Assembly: GCA_030141605.1 (NCBI GenBank)
Contig: JAQGDQ010000918.1
Coordinates: 1-64,000 of the forward strand
Direction of reading: 5' to 3'
DNA length: 64,000 nucleotides
Source of the DNA: Tubiluchus corallicola
Taxonomy: Eukaryota > Animalia > Priapulida
The position numbers were made by a program, and so were the translations under genes. Numbering within the stretch: the stretch's first letter is position 1; every line of letters begins with the position of its first letter. Shown in pieces: positions 1-12,699 of the stretch. Below the pieces are notes generated by a model. That model had not been told where the DNA came from, did no database searches, and saw only the letters and a program-made list of their open reading frames with translations.

Positions 1-1052
1 AATAAACACCACTATAAACTCTCGAAACATACCTTCATTTTCTTTTTTGCAGTCGAGGCCCAAAAGAAGCCGATGATTTGTGTCAGCGAGCCGGGTTTCG
101 CTTCACCGGGACGTACAAGTGGACGAAGCCCAATCTGTAGTTTCACATCTTTATTAGTCATTAGATAGGACGAATTGAATCAATAGGTGTAGCTTCACGA
201 CGCCACGGCACGTGATTCGTTTCAGTTCCCGCTGTCAACAACTCCTTCTGTTTATATTCAGTTTTCTGGACAAATGCCATTAACAGTCCAGTCCCTGGAA
301 AGGTTTCTGTTCTTGTTGTGCAGTATTTGGGCTGACTAAAGAAACTATTAGTTGCCATTACTGTCATTCTTGCATATTAAAGAAAATTTCCACAATCGAC
401 ATCGCAAAATGGTCGACTCTCGATTTTAGACCGTTTTTTGGAAAAAGACAAAATTGTGAAAGAAGTTAATTTTTTATTTATTTCAAATTCTATTAAAAGC
501 CAACTGTAAGAGCTTATTTTTAGTGACAAATTCCTGCCATTAGTTCGTAAAGGCCCCATTAGTGCTGGAATGATGATAATTTTTGCTGTTTAATTTTAGG
601 TCTGGTAGATAAAGAATCCTTAAATTGCTCATGTGATATCATTCCAATATAAGGATTTCAAAATGGCCACAAATATGGCTGCATTTGAAATATATGTGCA
701 GCAAAAGGCCGTGTACAGTAACGCTAAGATGTTACACGGATTCCCTGACCTTGAAACCTATATTTAGACACCAAAATCATCATCACTCCGGTTGTAATAG
801 CTATGATATAGCCTTCATAAGCTACAAAGCCATGTTTTGTCGGCCATCTTGGCAATAATGGCCATATTTGTTGATTTTCATTTGGATCCATAAACAGAAT
901 TAATCACCTGAGTGTGGTTCTAGGATTCTACAAAGTTTTACGGTTTTAAAGCTTTGTATGCCGGTTTTTCATCATTCTGTTGAACTGTCATTTTGTGCTC
1001 CTGCGAGAAGAGAGCGTTTATAAAAAGTTTATCCAAGTTTTTTATCTTAAAG

Positions 1053-1265
1053 CAAAACTGGACCCAGTCTTAAATTGTAGGTCAAAATACTCTACTCTTT
1101 AAAATATTGAAAGGACTCATACTAATTCTTCAAAAATGACTTATGTGAAAGAATTATTATCACGCAAACACAATTTCACGGCCGTGCCACTAGTTCTTCA
1201 CTGTTACAGGCATTTTGCCATTTGCTAGTTAGACAGGCACTAGCGCCTGCATTTCGGAAATGCAA
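1053..1265. repeat. Dispersed repeat (second copy about 34968-35130)
   Basis: aaaactggacccagtcttaaa...aaaatattgaaa...caaaaatgactta...aaacacaattt...ctagcgc.tgcattt.ggaaatg recurs in OTUD5 intron 2. Confidence 0.5.
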
Positions 1266-1729
1266 GCTCTTATATAAAAGCGAACACTATAACTGCTTGT
1301 TGTGTGTTATACATGAATATGAAAGACTGCACATTTTCAAAGGAGAATAGAAATTTTTAACACTGCCCCCCTAAAATCAGGTCCTGTACTTTGATTTGTA
1401 GAAAATACACTCGCTGGTTCATATGGTTTGGTCCGTCAGTCCCGAAATTCCTACACAGGATCCAGGGCAGGGCTATAATCAATGTGATAGTTGTCTTCTT
1501 ATCTTTAGCTTTATTATCTTAATCTTAGCTTTAGATTTTATAGTCAGTTTCAAGGTGAGTGTAATACATTGAAGACCTCTTCCAGAGTTCTCATGGTCAG
1601 GGAAAATCTTGGACAATTCCTGAAAATATAGGTTATCCTGGAAAGTCACCGAAAAATGAAAGAAAAAGATAATTTGGCAAAAAGTTAAAAGGAAAATGAT
1701 GAAAATGGGGCAAAAAGTCAGGGAAATTG

Positions 1730-2017
1730 GAAAGGGTTGCAAAAATAATCACCTTGAACTGGTATTTTTCCAAAACGTATTTTTCGGCGATTCGTGTTCA
1801 AATAAAATTTTTCTATGACAGGATCCCAGTTTCAATTTCTGTTCCAAAAAAATGATTAGCCGACACATTATATATCAGCATATGTATGAATGTCCTTACA
1901 CAAAAATATATGAATATGTATACTGGTAATGGAATTTCTGCTTATCTTGGTCATAGAAAATCAATATTTGGTCAGAAAAAAGTCATGGAATTTTTTTTTA
2001 AATTCTGTGGAACCCTG
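1730..2017. mobile_element. Dispersed repeat / DNA-transposon end fragment (second copy about 49815-50104)
   Basis: gaaagggtt(g/a)caaaa...tatgacagg...gg(g)aaccctg is shared between 1730-2017 and 49815-50104. It ends in CCCTG, a hAT-like terminus. Confidence 0.55.
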
Positions 2018-2174
2018 TATTAATGCATTCAAATGTATCGATTTATCATTTTATAACAGGTTTTCTGTTAATTCAAAATAATCTGTACACTAATAGTAAA
2101 ATTGGGGTACAAGTAAACACTCTTCATAAACAAAGCTTAAAAAATTCCACTTAAATGCTGCGTTAATGTGTACA

Positions 2175-2410
2175 GAGATTGCGTTAGCAGCAATGCTGCA
2201 TAAAACTTCTAAATTTAAATCTAAACTTTAAACTTTAAGTGCAGCCGTATTAGTCGTAAGTAGTTTGAAACAAGTTTAGATAATATTGCGTAAAGTTTAA
2301 AAAGCAATCCGAGCATTCATAGCACATTCTATTTTAACTAAGCCAAAGTTTGAATTACTTTGTCTTGTCAATAAGATCAATAATGCATTTTTTTGGTGAA
2401 TCAATGGTGC
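2175..2410 (+). repeat. Old dispersed repeat family (also about 11830-12060, 22040-22310, 52890-53260, 60705-60830)
   Basis: Recurring diverged motif string ttagcagtaacgctgtataaaac...aaatttaaact...gcagccatt...aaaataatcagagcatt. Confidence 0.5.
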
Positions 2411-2890
2411 ACACTAGGATGGCAGTGCAGTGGGGTTTTAAATTACTAAGTAATGTAATCTTTTGTAGAATGTTTTTTGAGACATGCAAATTGCCTTTTG
2501 CTCCCGTTTAAGAAACAGATTGGTAGCTGTATTTGATTAACTAACTCACTGTTTGGTTAACTAACTCACTGTTTGGTTAACTGTCTCACTGTTTGGTTAA
2601 CTATCTGATTTAGATCGCATGCATGTGAACAGTGACGTAAACAAGTGTAGTTTTTTACGTAAAGAAACCGGTGGGAAGCAGGCAGTTTTTCTGGGTATAT
2701 TCACAGTTTCGTTGTTTTATATGTATTTGAGATGATATATTTCTACTTGTTTCTATTATGATTCTAGGATTAGGTAAGCATTCTTGCTAAACAAATTGTT
2801 TTTGCATTATATGAATGTTCGGTTACGTATTTACCTGTCTGTGATTAAAGCGTATACAGTACATTTCAGTAGATTGTCTGTATGTTTAAA

Positions 2891-3412
2891 AGGAAAACCG
2901 GATGATTGTGTAAACATTAACTCAGAATAAAGAATGCTGTAAAATATTGAAAACTACAATAGCTTGTTTTTACCTCGGATACTCAAATTTCGCTAAACTT
3001 TCAAAGCTACGTGCGGCTCAGTGAATCTACTAAGATTGGCAGCGGTGCCTTTTTGTCACCTGCACGTGGCCGACAAATAGAAGGCATTACCGTCATAAGC
3101 ATGATCATGAACTGCTGTGTTAGTTTCTGACATCATATGACGTAGAGCCCATTTTCATGATATCACACGTTTAAGCAGTAACACTTACGCTACCGTGCTT
3201 GACGCACAAGGGAAGACGCCTGCCATTGCATAAACTGTGGTTAGTTTCTGACGTAAGCAATAGCTGTGTTCAGTTGCCGTTAATCAACTTTCTAAGCTAA
3301 TTATTCAAATATAAGAAAAAATTGGTAACTTTTATAGGCAAGAAAATGTATATTTTGGACAGTAACAGTAAACTAAAGTGAGATCGAGTCTAAACAATCG
3401 TCCAGTTTTCCT
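2891..3412 (+). mobile_element. Kolobok-like non-autonomous DNA transposon (MITE)
   Basis: Terminal inverted repeats AGGAAAACCGGATGATTGT / ACAATCGTCCAGTTTTCCT flanked by TTAA. Related copies at 15884-16427, 56721-57268, 56040-56300 and 40140-40856. AGG..CCT ends with a TTAA duplication fit Kolobok. Confidence 0.7.
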
Positions 3413-3779
3413 TTAATTTCATTAGATTAATTTAACTCTAGTAAAATTCGTAGACAATCAACTATCTCATTCCGTCCATGGCCAGTACGAATAACGGATC
3501 ATTTTTCTGTCATTAGTCATTGGAAAAAGTTAGTTTTGCTAATTTTGTCATAAAGTTTTAATAAAGTATCAAGTTTTCTCCTTGTGAATGTGAAAATAAA
3601 ACACTAAAATTTTCATGTTTGCAACTATTTTGTAGTATTTGTGTATTTTGCATATTAGAGAATTTGCGTAAAGCTACGACTTCACGTGCGCGTGATTCGT
3701 AATGCGTGATGCATATTCAAATGACAGTCATCACGTTCGACTGTACACGTATCACGCATTACGGATTATTCACGTTACC

Positions 3780-4182
3780 TACACAGGAAAACACTGCCAC
3801 GTGTTTAAATATAAACTGTTGTATACGCATCACGCATTACGTACACATGAAAAAACTGCTACGTATTTAAATATAAACTGTTGTATACGCATCTCGCATT
3901 ACGCATTGCGTACACATGAAAACACTGCCACGTGTTTAAATATGAACTGTTGTATACGGATCTCGCATTACGTATTGCGTACATATGAAAACACTGCTAC
4001 GTGTTTAAATATAAACTTGTATACGCATCACGCATTACGCATTACGTACACATGAAAACACTGCCACGTGTTTAAATATGAACTGTTGTATACGCATTAC
4101 GTACACATGAAAACACTGCCACGTGTTTAAATATAAACTGTTGTAGACGCATCACGCATTACGCATTACACTTGAAAACACT
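3780..4182. repeat. Minisatellite, variable 48-66 bp unit, about 7 copies
   Basis: Repeating gtacacatgaaaacactgccacgtgtttaaatataaactgttgtatacgcat(cacgcattac)n. Confidence 0.9.
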
Positions 4183-4675
4183 TGGTACGCAGAATGGTTT
4201 GTTTTTGATCCGACATCTCACTTATATGTACAATGCAGCCGTACATGAAACCGTCTAGCACAGCATGTGAACACATCTAACTTAATCGGTTTTTTGCATG
4301 ATTGATACTTGTACGTTAAAATTTCCAGTTAAAAACAATGCATTATACTTATTTTCTGAAACGCAGAATCCGATATTAAGCAGCAATATTTTATTTCTTA
4401 AGCATTGCAGGAAAATAAATGATATCCAAAAAATAACACACATTTGGCCAATACTAGCCTAATGCAGACACACACACCAAACGAAACTATTTGTTTCTTT
4501 GCTTAAGTGCTTAACTTGTTCGTTTGTTTGTTTGTTTCTTGCTTGCTTGTTTAATTGTTTTGCTGGTTGACTGGCTGGTCGTTCTGCTGGCTGGCTGCTG
4601 CTTGTGTCCGGCTTTGCTTGTTTTTTGGTGCCGATAACGCCTTTATTTAAGTTACACAAGTGTTAAAGGTAGTTA

Positions 4676-5108
4676 CGATCATTTGCAAAAGTTTAAGACC
4701 AAGCTCGAGTTTTCGGGATTTTCATCATACTGTACCCTGATTGCATCAGATTCTTTGTTGATTGCATCGTACTGCTAGTGGTCAGACAGGCAGCCATCAA
4801 GTGCTGAAGGCTTGCGAAGAGTTATCAAGGACGTCTGGGTTAAAGAAATTACTTCCGAGTACTGCCAAAACCTAATTTCCAGTATGCCTCTTAGAATGAA
4901 GGCAGTGATTGACAACTTCGGCGGCCATACAAAGTACTAAAATGTTCAAGAACTGTGACTATTTTTGGATAAAAACGTACAAACTATGCTGTAGTATATT
5001 TTTCTAGAAGAATAAATGAATAGTTTTTCGATGGAACTGCGTTAAACGATGGTTTTGTCAATTTTCATGAAAAAAATCACTTTGGTCTTAAACTTTTGCA
5101 AACGACTG
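4676..5108 (+). mobile_element. Internally deleted Tc1/mariner element with transposase C-terminal remnant
   Basis: TIRs cgatcatttgcaaaagtttaagacca / tggtcttaaacttttgcaaacgactg with TA duplication (4674-75, 5109-10). The empty site agtTAagttattgg is seen in the paralog at about 20692. About 4782-4940 encodes ...LRRVIKDVWVKEITSEYCQNLISSMPLRMKAVIDNFGGHTKY*, a typical Tc1 transposase C-terminus. Confidence 0.92.
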
Positions 5109-5112
5109 TAAG

Positions 5113-8100
5113 TTATTGGTCTGCAATGGTACAGTTTAGTGAATCAGTTTCCTTCATAACTTCCCCATGCATTGTCCCACTGTTAACATCTGCCCAAGAG
5201 AACACGTTGCCACCAATAGTATAACAGTACTCATATAATCTACTGATGTCTTCAGGTGTCATCATGTAGTCATAGAAGTTCACACCAGTCAGTGACCCCA
5301 CATACGATTCGTCTTCATCAAAACCTTTATCAGGGAAGGTATCCGGATCTTGTCCTATTATAACGATTCCGTCTGCCTGAAGGACATCTCCTTCTGCCAG
5401 GAAATCTAAATCACCAGCAGTCTCTGTGCCATCTATGTACACGTGAAAGGAACCATTGGCGCTGGACCACGTTATGCAAATCTGGTGCCAAAAGCCATCG
5501 TAGAACGGCATGTCCCCGTCATCAAAATAAAAATTATCAGCGTCACTGAAATTACAGAACCATTGTAATTGGCCTAAAATTAATTGTAATAAAATATTGT
5601 TTGACTTCTCACGATTGATTTGTGACGGAACAACTAAAGCTGAAATCGGCTAAAAATGTCTGCATAGAGGGCAATTAAAAATCATTGAATTTGAAAAGTG
5701 AAAGCAACACGACAAAATTGCCACAATGTTATGACAATATTTTTGAAAATATTGGCACAGCGTGGAAATGTGGACTTGCTACAACACACCACCAATAATT
5801 TTTGACAACATTTTTTCATATTTTGGTAATATTGTCACAACACTGTCACAATATAAAAAATAATATTGTCAAAACATATTGGTGCAATATTGTAGCAAGT
5901 CTACATTTCCATGTTGTCCCAATATTTGCAAAAACATTGTCATAACATTGGTACGGCATTTTCGTGCTGCACGGGTGCAAACCAGACACTGTTAAGTAAC
6001 GGGATGATATATAGAAGGGAGTGTCATGTATATATATATATGCATAAATTAAAATTGATTCAGTAGATTTATGAAGCCAAATTTCATGCCACTAAAATTC
6101 TGTAGAATTGACAGCTCAGCCACCAAACTGTCATTGTTTTGGTTACTGTCGTAATATTATTATTAGATTTTAGCAAATTTAAAAAAATAATGACTGACTT
6201 TTGAAATACAGAACCTAACTATAGTTCTGTATTGTCTCTTACCTACTCACTTGTACCTTCAGTTTGTACGACTTTTTCCCATAAAGTTGCACATAGATGG
6301 AATTCGGGTCGTCTTCTGTACCATAAGAAAATGGCGTCAGCTGATAATAGCCGCTTGAATTGCTGGGTGGTTTTATCCACATGCAAACTGTGAATTCGGT
6401 GATTTGTGAAACTGCAGATGTTGATTTGATGAAGTAGTCTGTGGTACTCCGATTGGGGAAATAAAGTTCAAAACATCCATCTGTAAGGTAATAAAAATAA
6501 CTAAATAGAATTGTAGATCGTGTTATGACGGCACTGTGCATTTCCAAATAGACTTGAGTGTCTACAACAATGATTAACTATGACGACAATGACCACACTT
6601 AGCCTGGTAAGAGAAAGACCATGCAGAATAAACTTCAGCCATATCTGGCTCAAAAAATTCAGTCTAACGGCAAGTTCTCTGTCACAGCATGGCAGGCAAA
6701 CGTGGTGAAAAACCAAAGTAAGACATGCTCTGCCTAAATGTGGTACCAGATTTGCCTGGGATCCTGGAACTTTTGATTTTATGAACTCCAATGCAGGCCG
6801 CAAAACCCTGATTGCCAAAGTACCTGCTGTCTTCCATTTGGTGATATTATAGCGATGTATGAAACTATGTTACACGCTTTGCATACCAATATTTTATGTT
6901 TTTTCTGATTTTAGTTTTAATAATTTTAGCATTTTTCTAACAATAACATACCTTGAGCATGATTTGAGTTTTCCTTGTTCAGGTCGAGAATTCTCTGGAA
7001 AAAACATATCATTCATTGTCAGACATTAATGATTGTGGAGTGCTCAGGTGATGGTGCTCAGGAATAGGGGTACCTGTTTAATTATGGATATTTTTCTATT
7101 GGACAGCTACTACCTGCCTGACAAAATAATTATATCTATGCAAAAGTGAAACGACTTTAGCAGAGCTCCGAATCAAGCAACTACTTTGCTAAAGTTCACA
7201 CATTAGAAACATAAAAAGGAACCATTATTATTTCGTAGTGATGTCTTGTATTCTATGATTTACATGTTGTGGAAGTTGGAATTGTACATTGTAGTTAGGT
7301 GTCGCCATCTATGTGCTAATCTTGTTACATTCTATCAGCTGACTTACCTTCAGTGTAATTGTATGGTCTGGTGAATACATACACACTGATCCTCTCCCTA
7401 TCTAAAATTATTGGTTGTTGTGAAGCCTGTGCAACTCTGCATAGGTCAAGTTCTATACCTGTATACCTGGCTGTGAAACAGGTTTTATTGTCTGTTTTTG
7501 CTTTTCCAGTTTTTGCTCAATGTTCAGTGCAGCAGTTTTGCTACTCATGTTTTCTGCAGTTTAATAAACACTTTTCTGTTGTGTGCAGTGCAAATATTTA
7601 TTATAGATTTTTGGTTCCTATCTGTGCCTAAACTCAACCATAACAAAGTGACTGAACAACAGCTTCAAAAATAACTTTCACATATGGTCCTTCGAGCAGG
7701 ATCTGAACACAGACAGCACACAAGGATAACAATACAGCACTTCTACTTCTGTTGTCAACATGACAGAGCAAGTGGAGAAAACTAAACGAGTTCGACGAGC
7801 TTTGAGATCTTCTGTTACAAAGGCTATAAACTTATTAACTGACGAACTAGATAGAGAAATTCCTAGGAAGGAAGAGGTGAGCCTTCTCTTGTCACTTGTT
7901 ACGGAAAGGACAGAGCGTCTGTAAAGTTCACACATTAGAAACATAAAAAGCAACCATTATTATTGCGTGGTGATCTCTCGTATTCTATGATTTACATGTT
8001 ATTGCTGACTTCTACAGCATTTTGTGCAGTCAAACTTTTGTAGACTTTTTTGTTCTACATTTGCTCACCCGCGAGGTTTTGTCAGCCATTCACTTTACTC

Positions 8101-10280
8101 GCAGCTATAGTGCCCAGTTTCCCATACAACACCAAAGTGATATTTTAATGAAAATTCCCCAGTAGATTCTGGTTGCACTACACAGTGGCGGATTTAGGGG
8201 TGGGACCTGGGCCCTCCCTTGCACAGTAACTGTTACAACACACCAAATTAAATTTTCTCTGAATTATAAGCGTTAAAACAATTTGCTGAATCCTAAAGGT
8301 GCCTTGTATCTGTAAAAATCGCATATCAGAAGAAAACAGATGAAAGTTACGTACATGATGTATGCTGTACAGTGTATATCAAAATATAGGTATGTATTTT
8401 TGAGTCAAAGATGAGTAGACACGTTTTATAAACTAGTGAGCTTCCTTGAGGAAATGGCTTTTAGAAGGCAGAAACGTGGTCTGAAATACAGCAAAATGTA
8501 TTGTTGCCCAGGTGAACCTCGCTTGGGAGCTTACATTGTTCCCCCAGACCCCCTAACTACTTTTCTGTTTGGCCCAGTGTTGTTCTGAAACCTGTATCCG
8601 CACATGGTACAGGTCTGTAAAACGAGTTCAGTATCAGCGCGCAATAGGTCTCCACTTAATGCATAATGCCCATTTAGTGTCATTGCCTTTTAACGACACT
8701 TATATTTTGACAACTTTTTTTTCACTTAGCATGCCATGTTTTGTTTTAACGACAATGTTGTTTCACCTACACTACAGTTTGAAAAAGGTCTATGAGATGT
8801 CAGGCATGATGTATATGATATAGGGGAGAGTGCCCCATAGCACAACCCTTAATTTTCAAAGTGTTTTTAAAGCGTAGGTGTTTATTCACAGTATATCAGT
8901 TGATGAAACGGCCTTTAAAGTTTGTTTGTTATGAATTTCAGGCTGTTTTAATCTTAAAACTTTTAAAGTATTTGATCAAAAGTAATTTTGTTTAAAAGTG
9001 GGCGCTTCGGGAAACATTGCTCCAATAGCGACCACACTGAGTTTCCAAAGCGCCCACGGTTGTTTGTCACAAGGTTACGTAATTCCCATAATCTTTCCAA
9101 CATCCTAGAAACCGAACCATTATGCACAAACGTTCATCAATCGCTTTAGGCACAGTGGACGTTATATGGCACTATCCCTATGATATTAATCATATGTGTA
9201 TGACAGGTGGAATACTTATCAATAGATAATCAGCAACTTTTCCATGCAATGTGAAAAACATCAGCGTTTCGAACCTACTGGTCTAAAAAGTAAAAACGCA
9301 TTATAAGCATTGTATTATACCACATCCAGTAGATGACATCCCAAATAATATTGGAAGGGTACAGATAACCACCACCTGGTATTTCTGCAAGATTTACCAG
9401 AGCTTTTTGATGGTCAGATGTAAGATGTAAGAGGCTATTTTCACAATGACATGTATGAGGGTCAGGAGTCAGAGTTAGTTGGTACACATTAACAAAACAG
9501 TTATTGCTATTGGAGATCAAATATAAATAAAAACACGTTTTCCTTAGTTAAAAGAGCAAATTTGACACAAATTTTATTAAATTTTATGGCTTCCTTCCTA
9601 CTGAAATCTGGCCTCGAATTTTTGCTCCAAAACATTTTGTTGGGTTTTGCTCGTGAAACTTCAGCAAACTGCAGGCTAAGCATATACAATAGAAACAGCT
9701 TCCTTGGATACCATGTCGTTTCTACGACGCTGAATTTGAAAACAATGCTATACTGCAAAATGTGGCACGTGATAGCCAAGCACAAACGCTGCTGTAACTA
9801 AGGACTAAGGAGTTGTGGCGTCATCTAACGAGTACAACGTGCGAAACGAAGTTCAAGACATTCTTTGGAAGTGACACCTTCACAACAGATTTCCTCTGAT
9901 TATCTGATATAAACCACCAAGAATAAGCGAAAAGAACTGGAAAACCTTAGTTAGTGCATTTTCATTCTGTTTTTATGTAAAACTAAGACTTCATAAAGTA
10001 CGCTGTGTTATTTTGACCTTTAAATAACTGTTTCTTGAAACATCAAAATTAAAACAAATCCACAATTAGTAGACAAATACGCATACCTGATAATTGATGT
10101 AGTGTGAAGTGCCTGGCTCACCATCAGCTGTATTCAACAAGCAATAATCGAAAGCTGTACTTGTTTGACAGTAATCTTGCTGTTCAGTAGTCCATACATT
10201 GATGCTGTTACATTGAGGATCAACTTGTCTAGTACAATTCATGGCACACTCTACCCTATGGACAACCATAAAATAAAACT
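5113..10280 (-). CDS. PAN/apple-like + pentraxin-domain protein, copy 1 (N-terminus unresolved)
   Basis: Phase-compatible exons about 10280-10088, 6994-6952 (43 nt), 6480-6243 and 5545-5113. Pentraxin hallmarks: FTVCMWIK, TPFSYGT, WHQICITWSS (HxCxTWxS), IIGQDPD..F...SYVGSLTGVNFYD, GNVFSW. The upstream exon CAMNC...CNSINV...C resembles a PAN/apple module. Confidence 0.85.
5704..5970. mobile_element. Palindromic foldback MITE in pentraxin copy 1 intron
   Basis: Long inverted arms caatgttatgacaat...ggaaatgtggacttgctacaa versus ttgtagcaagtctacatttcc...attgtcataacattg. Absent from the equivalent intron of copy 2. Confidence 0.7.
7268..7924 (+). mobile_element. Truncated BEL/Pao-type LTR retrotransposon: 5' LTR, PBS and gag N-terminus
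   Basis: LTR TGTGGAA...TTTCACA (7268-7682) containing AATAAA. PBS TGGTCCTTCGAGC (7685-7697) is complementary to a tRNA-Tyr 3' end, as in BEL/Pao. ORF 7760-7924 MTEQVEKTKRVRRALRSSVTKAINLL... is gag-like. The LTR is homologous to the solo LTR at 17564-18010. Confidence 0.85.
8184..8606. mobile_element. hAT-like MITE
   Basis: Begins cagtggcggatttagggg and ends with the degenerate inverse gtatccgcacatg. Internal gggagcttaca...cccccagaccccct motif. Confidence 0.5.
8823..9178. mobile_element. MITE with TA-flanked inverted ends
   Basis: TA-ggggagagtgccccatagc ... gttatatggcactatccc-TA. Confidence 0.55.
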
Positions 10281-12089
10281 CTTGCGTTTATTCTACATGG
10301 AAGTGGCAATTGTAACAGCAACTGCAGCAACAGTAACACCGTGGCCAAGAGCCCCAGTGCTAGGCAGCAACATCACCAACAGGAACAATAACACCAAAGA
10401 GTGATTGAAATTTTTTTCATTGATGAAACTGTGTGATTTAGGAAAGTGTTACGTGTTTAATTTATTTAGTTTCATTTATCTCAATTCTTTTACATTACTT
10501 TCTGTGGAAGTCTTGGTTTCTTCTAAAAACGCTTCACTTAACGTCGCATTTTGCTTTAACGCATTACCGTCGTAAACGAGAACTTACTGTATTATATACA
10601 GTGAACGAAATGACTAATAACTGATGATGGCATTTTGCAGAGGTTAAAATGTTAATGAAATGTTTCAATATGATTCGGAATGGCAACATTAGTTCCGTTA
10701 TCTGTTGAAAGCCAATAGAAAAGAGCAGTTTTAAACTAAAGTTTGTTACGTATCATTGGCGATTTGTTTGCACGATTTCTAACGTTTGGTGTATTTCGTT
10801 AGAATGTTTTCAGCCATTTTGCAATTTGTTTTGATTCCCTTAAACGTGTAGGCCTTCTCTGTAGGCCTTCAGCTGATGATGGGAAATTGCCATATCGGAA
10901 CGGATATTATTACAAAAGTGTGAATAACAGTCATCTTTTTAGCCAACTTTGTTTTTCCAATTATGACGTCTTGCAAGATGGCGTCGGTTTAACCCTCACC
11001 TGCTTTGCACAACAAAAGTTTGTATGGATCCTGCAGAAACCTTCACGTCACTTCCGTACTTGGTGTACAACTCCGACGTAAAATTTGCTTCCAGTAAAAT
11101 AATGGGAAGAAAAGAGAAGCCCACAAAGCATTTAGCTGTCCACATTTTCTTCTGTAAATATTAGCTGCTAATTAATTTAATTATTGAATATTTTTAATGC
11201 ATTTTACATGATGGTCAAATGAATCTTACAAATAAAAGATCATCAAAATTACTAAAAAACAATTCATAAGATATTTAAGACCGTTTCACTTTGATTGATT
11301 AAAAGTACACTGAATATGATAAAAAAGGAAAAATAATAAAAACAGAAAATTTAGTAAAATAGTAAAAGCAATGCCATAAAGCATACACAATCGCAAAAAA
11401 ATACAAGATTAGCTCAGCCACAGAAGGTTATATCCAACTTAAGTTGTATTAATACAAGTGTAGTAAATATTAATTGAGTAATAACGTCTCAATAGTACGA
11501 TTTTTTAAATTTGAAGATACATTTATTTAATTCTGCTATTAGTGCATTAAATTTCGTTCACTGCTTTAAAATTAATGTAAGAAGCTAAGCCTGCATTAAA
11601 GTCTGCATTATCACATTAAAATAAACTTCGAAATGGTTTCTTCTGTTTTCTTACAGAAGGTATCACAAAAATAGTTTTTATGTACAATAATGTTTTCGTT
11701 TCTATACCATCATCATTACTCTGATTTACTAAAACACAAAAAAACGTTGTTCAGAAATTAACCTGGAAAAATTGTCTTGAAATTTTGTACTAGGCCTTAC
11801 TTACCTGCCGTCTTATTTCAGTATAAGTTTGTGTTAGCAGTAACACTGAATAAAACGTAAAAATTTAAACTCGTGTAATGACCATTAGACGTAGCAGCCG
11901 TTTTAACGGTAATGTCATTTGCTACAAATTTGGATAACATTGCCTAAAAGTTTGAGAAAATAATCAGAACAATCGTAGCATATTTTTCACTGACTAAGCA
12001 AAAGTTTAAATTACTTTATATTGTCAATAAATCAATAATATGATTTCTGGTGGAATAATTACTTTAATTGTTAAATAATAATAATATAC

Positions 12090-12157
12090 TATCTCTTGCT
12101 CTCTCTGTTGCTCTCTTTCTCTTTCTCTCTCTCGCTCTCTCTCTGTCTCTCTCTTTC

Positions 12158-12200
<43 letters not shown>
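12090..12200. repeat. (CT)n microsatellite
   Basis: Directly visible. Confidence 0.95.
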
Positions 12201-12202
<2 letters not shown>

Positions 12203-12699
12203 ACCTAATAAACTAAGTATTTAACTAGATTATAAACCTACTGTTTGTTTATGTTTAAAAGTACAACCGAGTACAAAGCAAACATCCCATACTTTGTCAT
12301 CAAGATTACCGATTAAATCTCAAAGTTACAATTTTCAACATTACATTTTTTTCTTTTACAAGTCAAAATGAAATGTTTTTTCTCTTCAACTAGTAACATT
12401 GGTTTACAAAACTCACACAACCTGTCTTCTCTAGGTTTATATTGTCAACGCATATAGCCTGCTGCATTGAAAGCAAGATAATCGATTTTATCTATTCCGC
12501 ATCTCTTAAACCGCATCCGCGTCCGCATCCGCATCCTACGTAAACACCACTAAATTTCATTCTCGGTGTGTACTGACTACTGACTATAGACCTAATCAAA
12601 ACAATGTCTCTTTTCACTTCTTCCACTGCCTTGAATTTCTATTAAGCTTTTCAAAATATTTTCGTTACTACAATTATAAAATATTTAGACTTCAGCACG

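Noticed and set aside
161-930. Short ORFs and repeat-like sequence at the window start
   Set aside because: This could be a transposon end, but I could not support any motif, terminus or splice structure.
3702-4055. 117-aa ORF
   Set aside because: It is a translation of a minisatellite.
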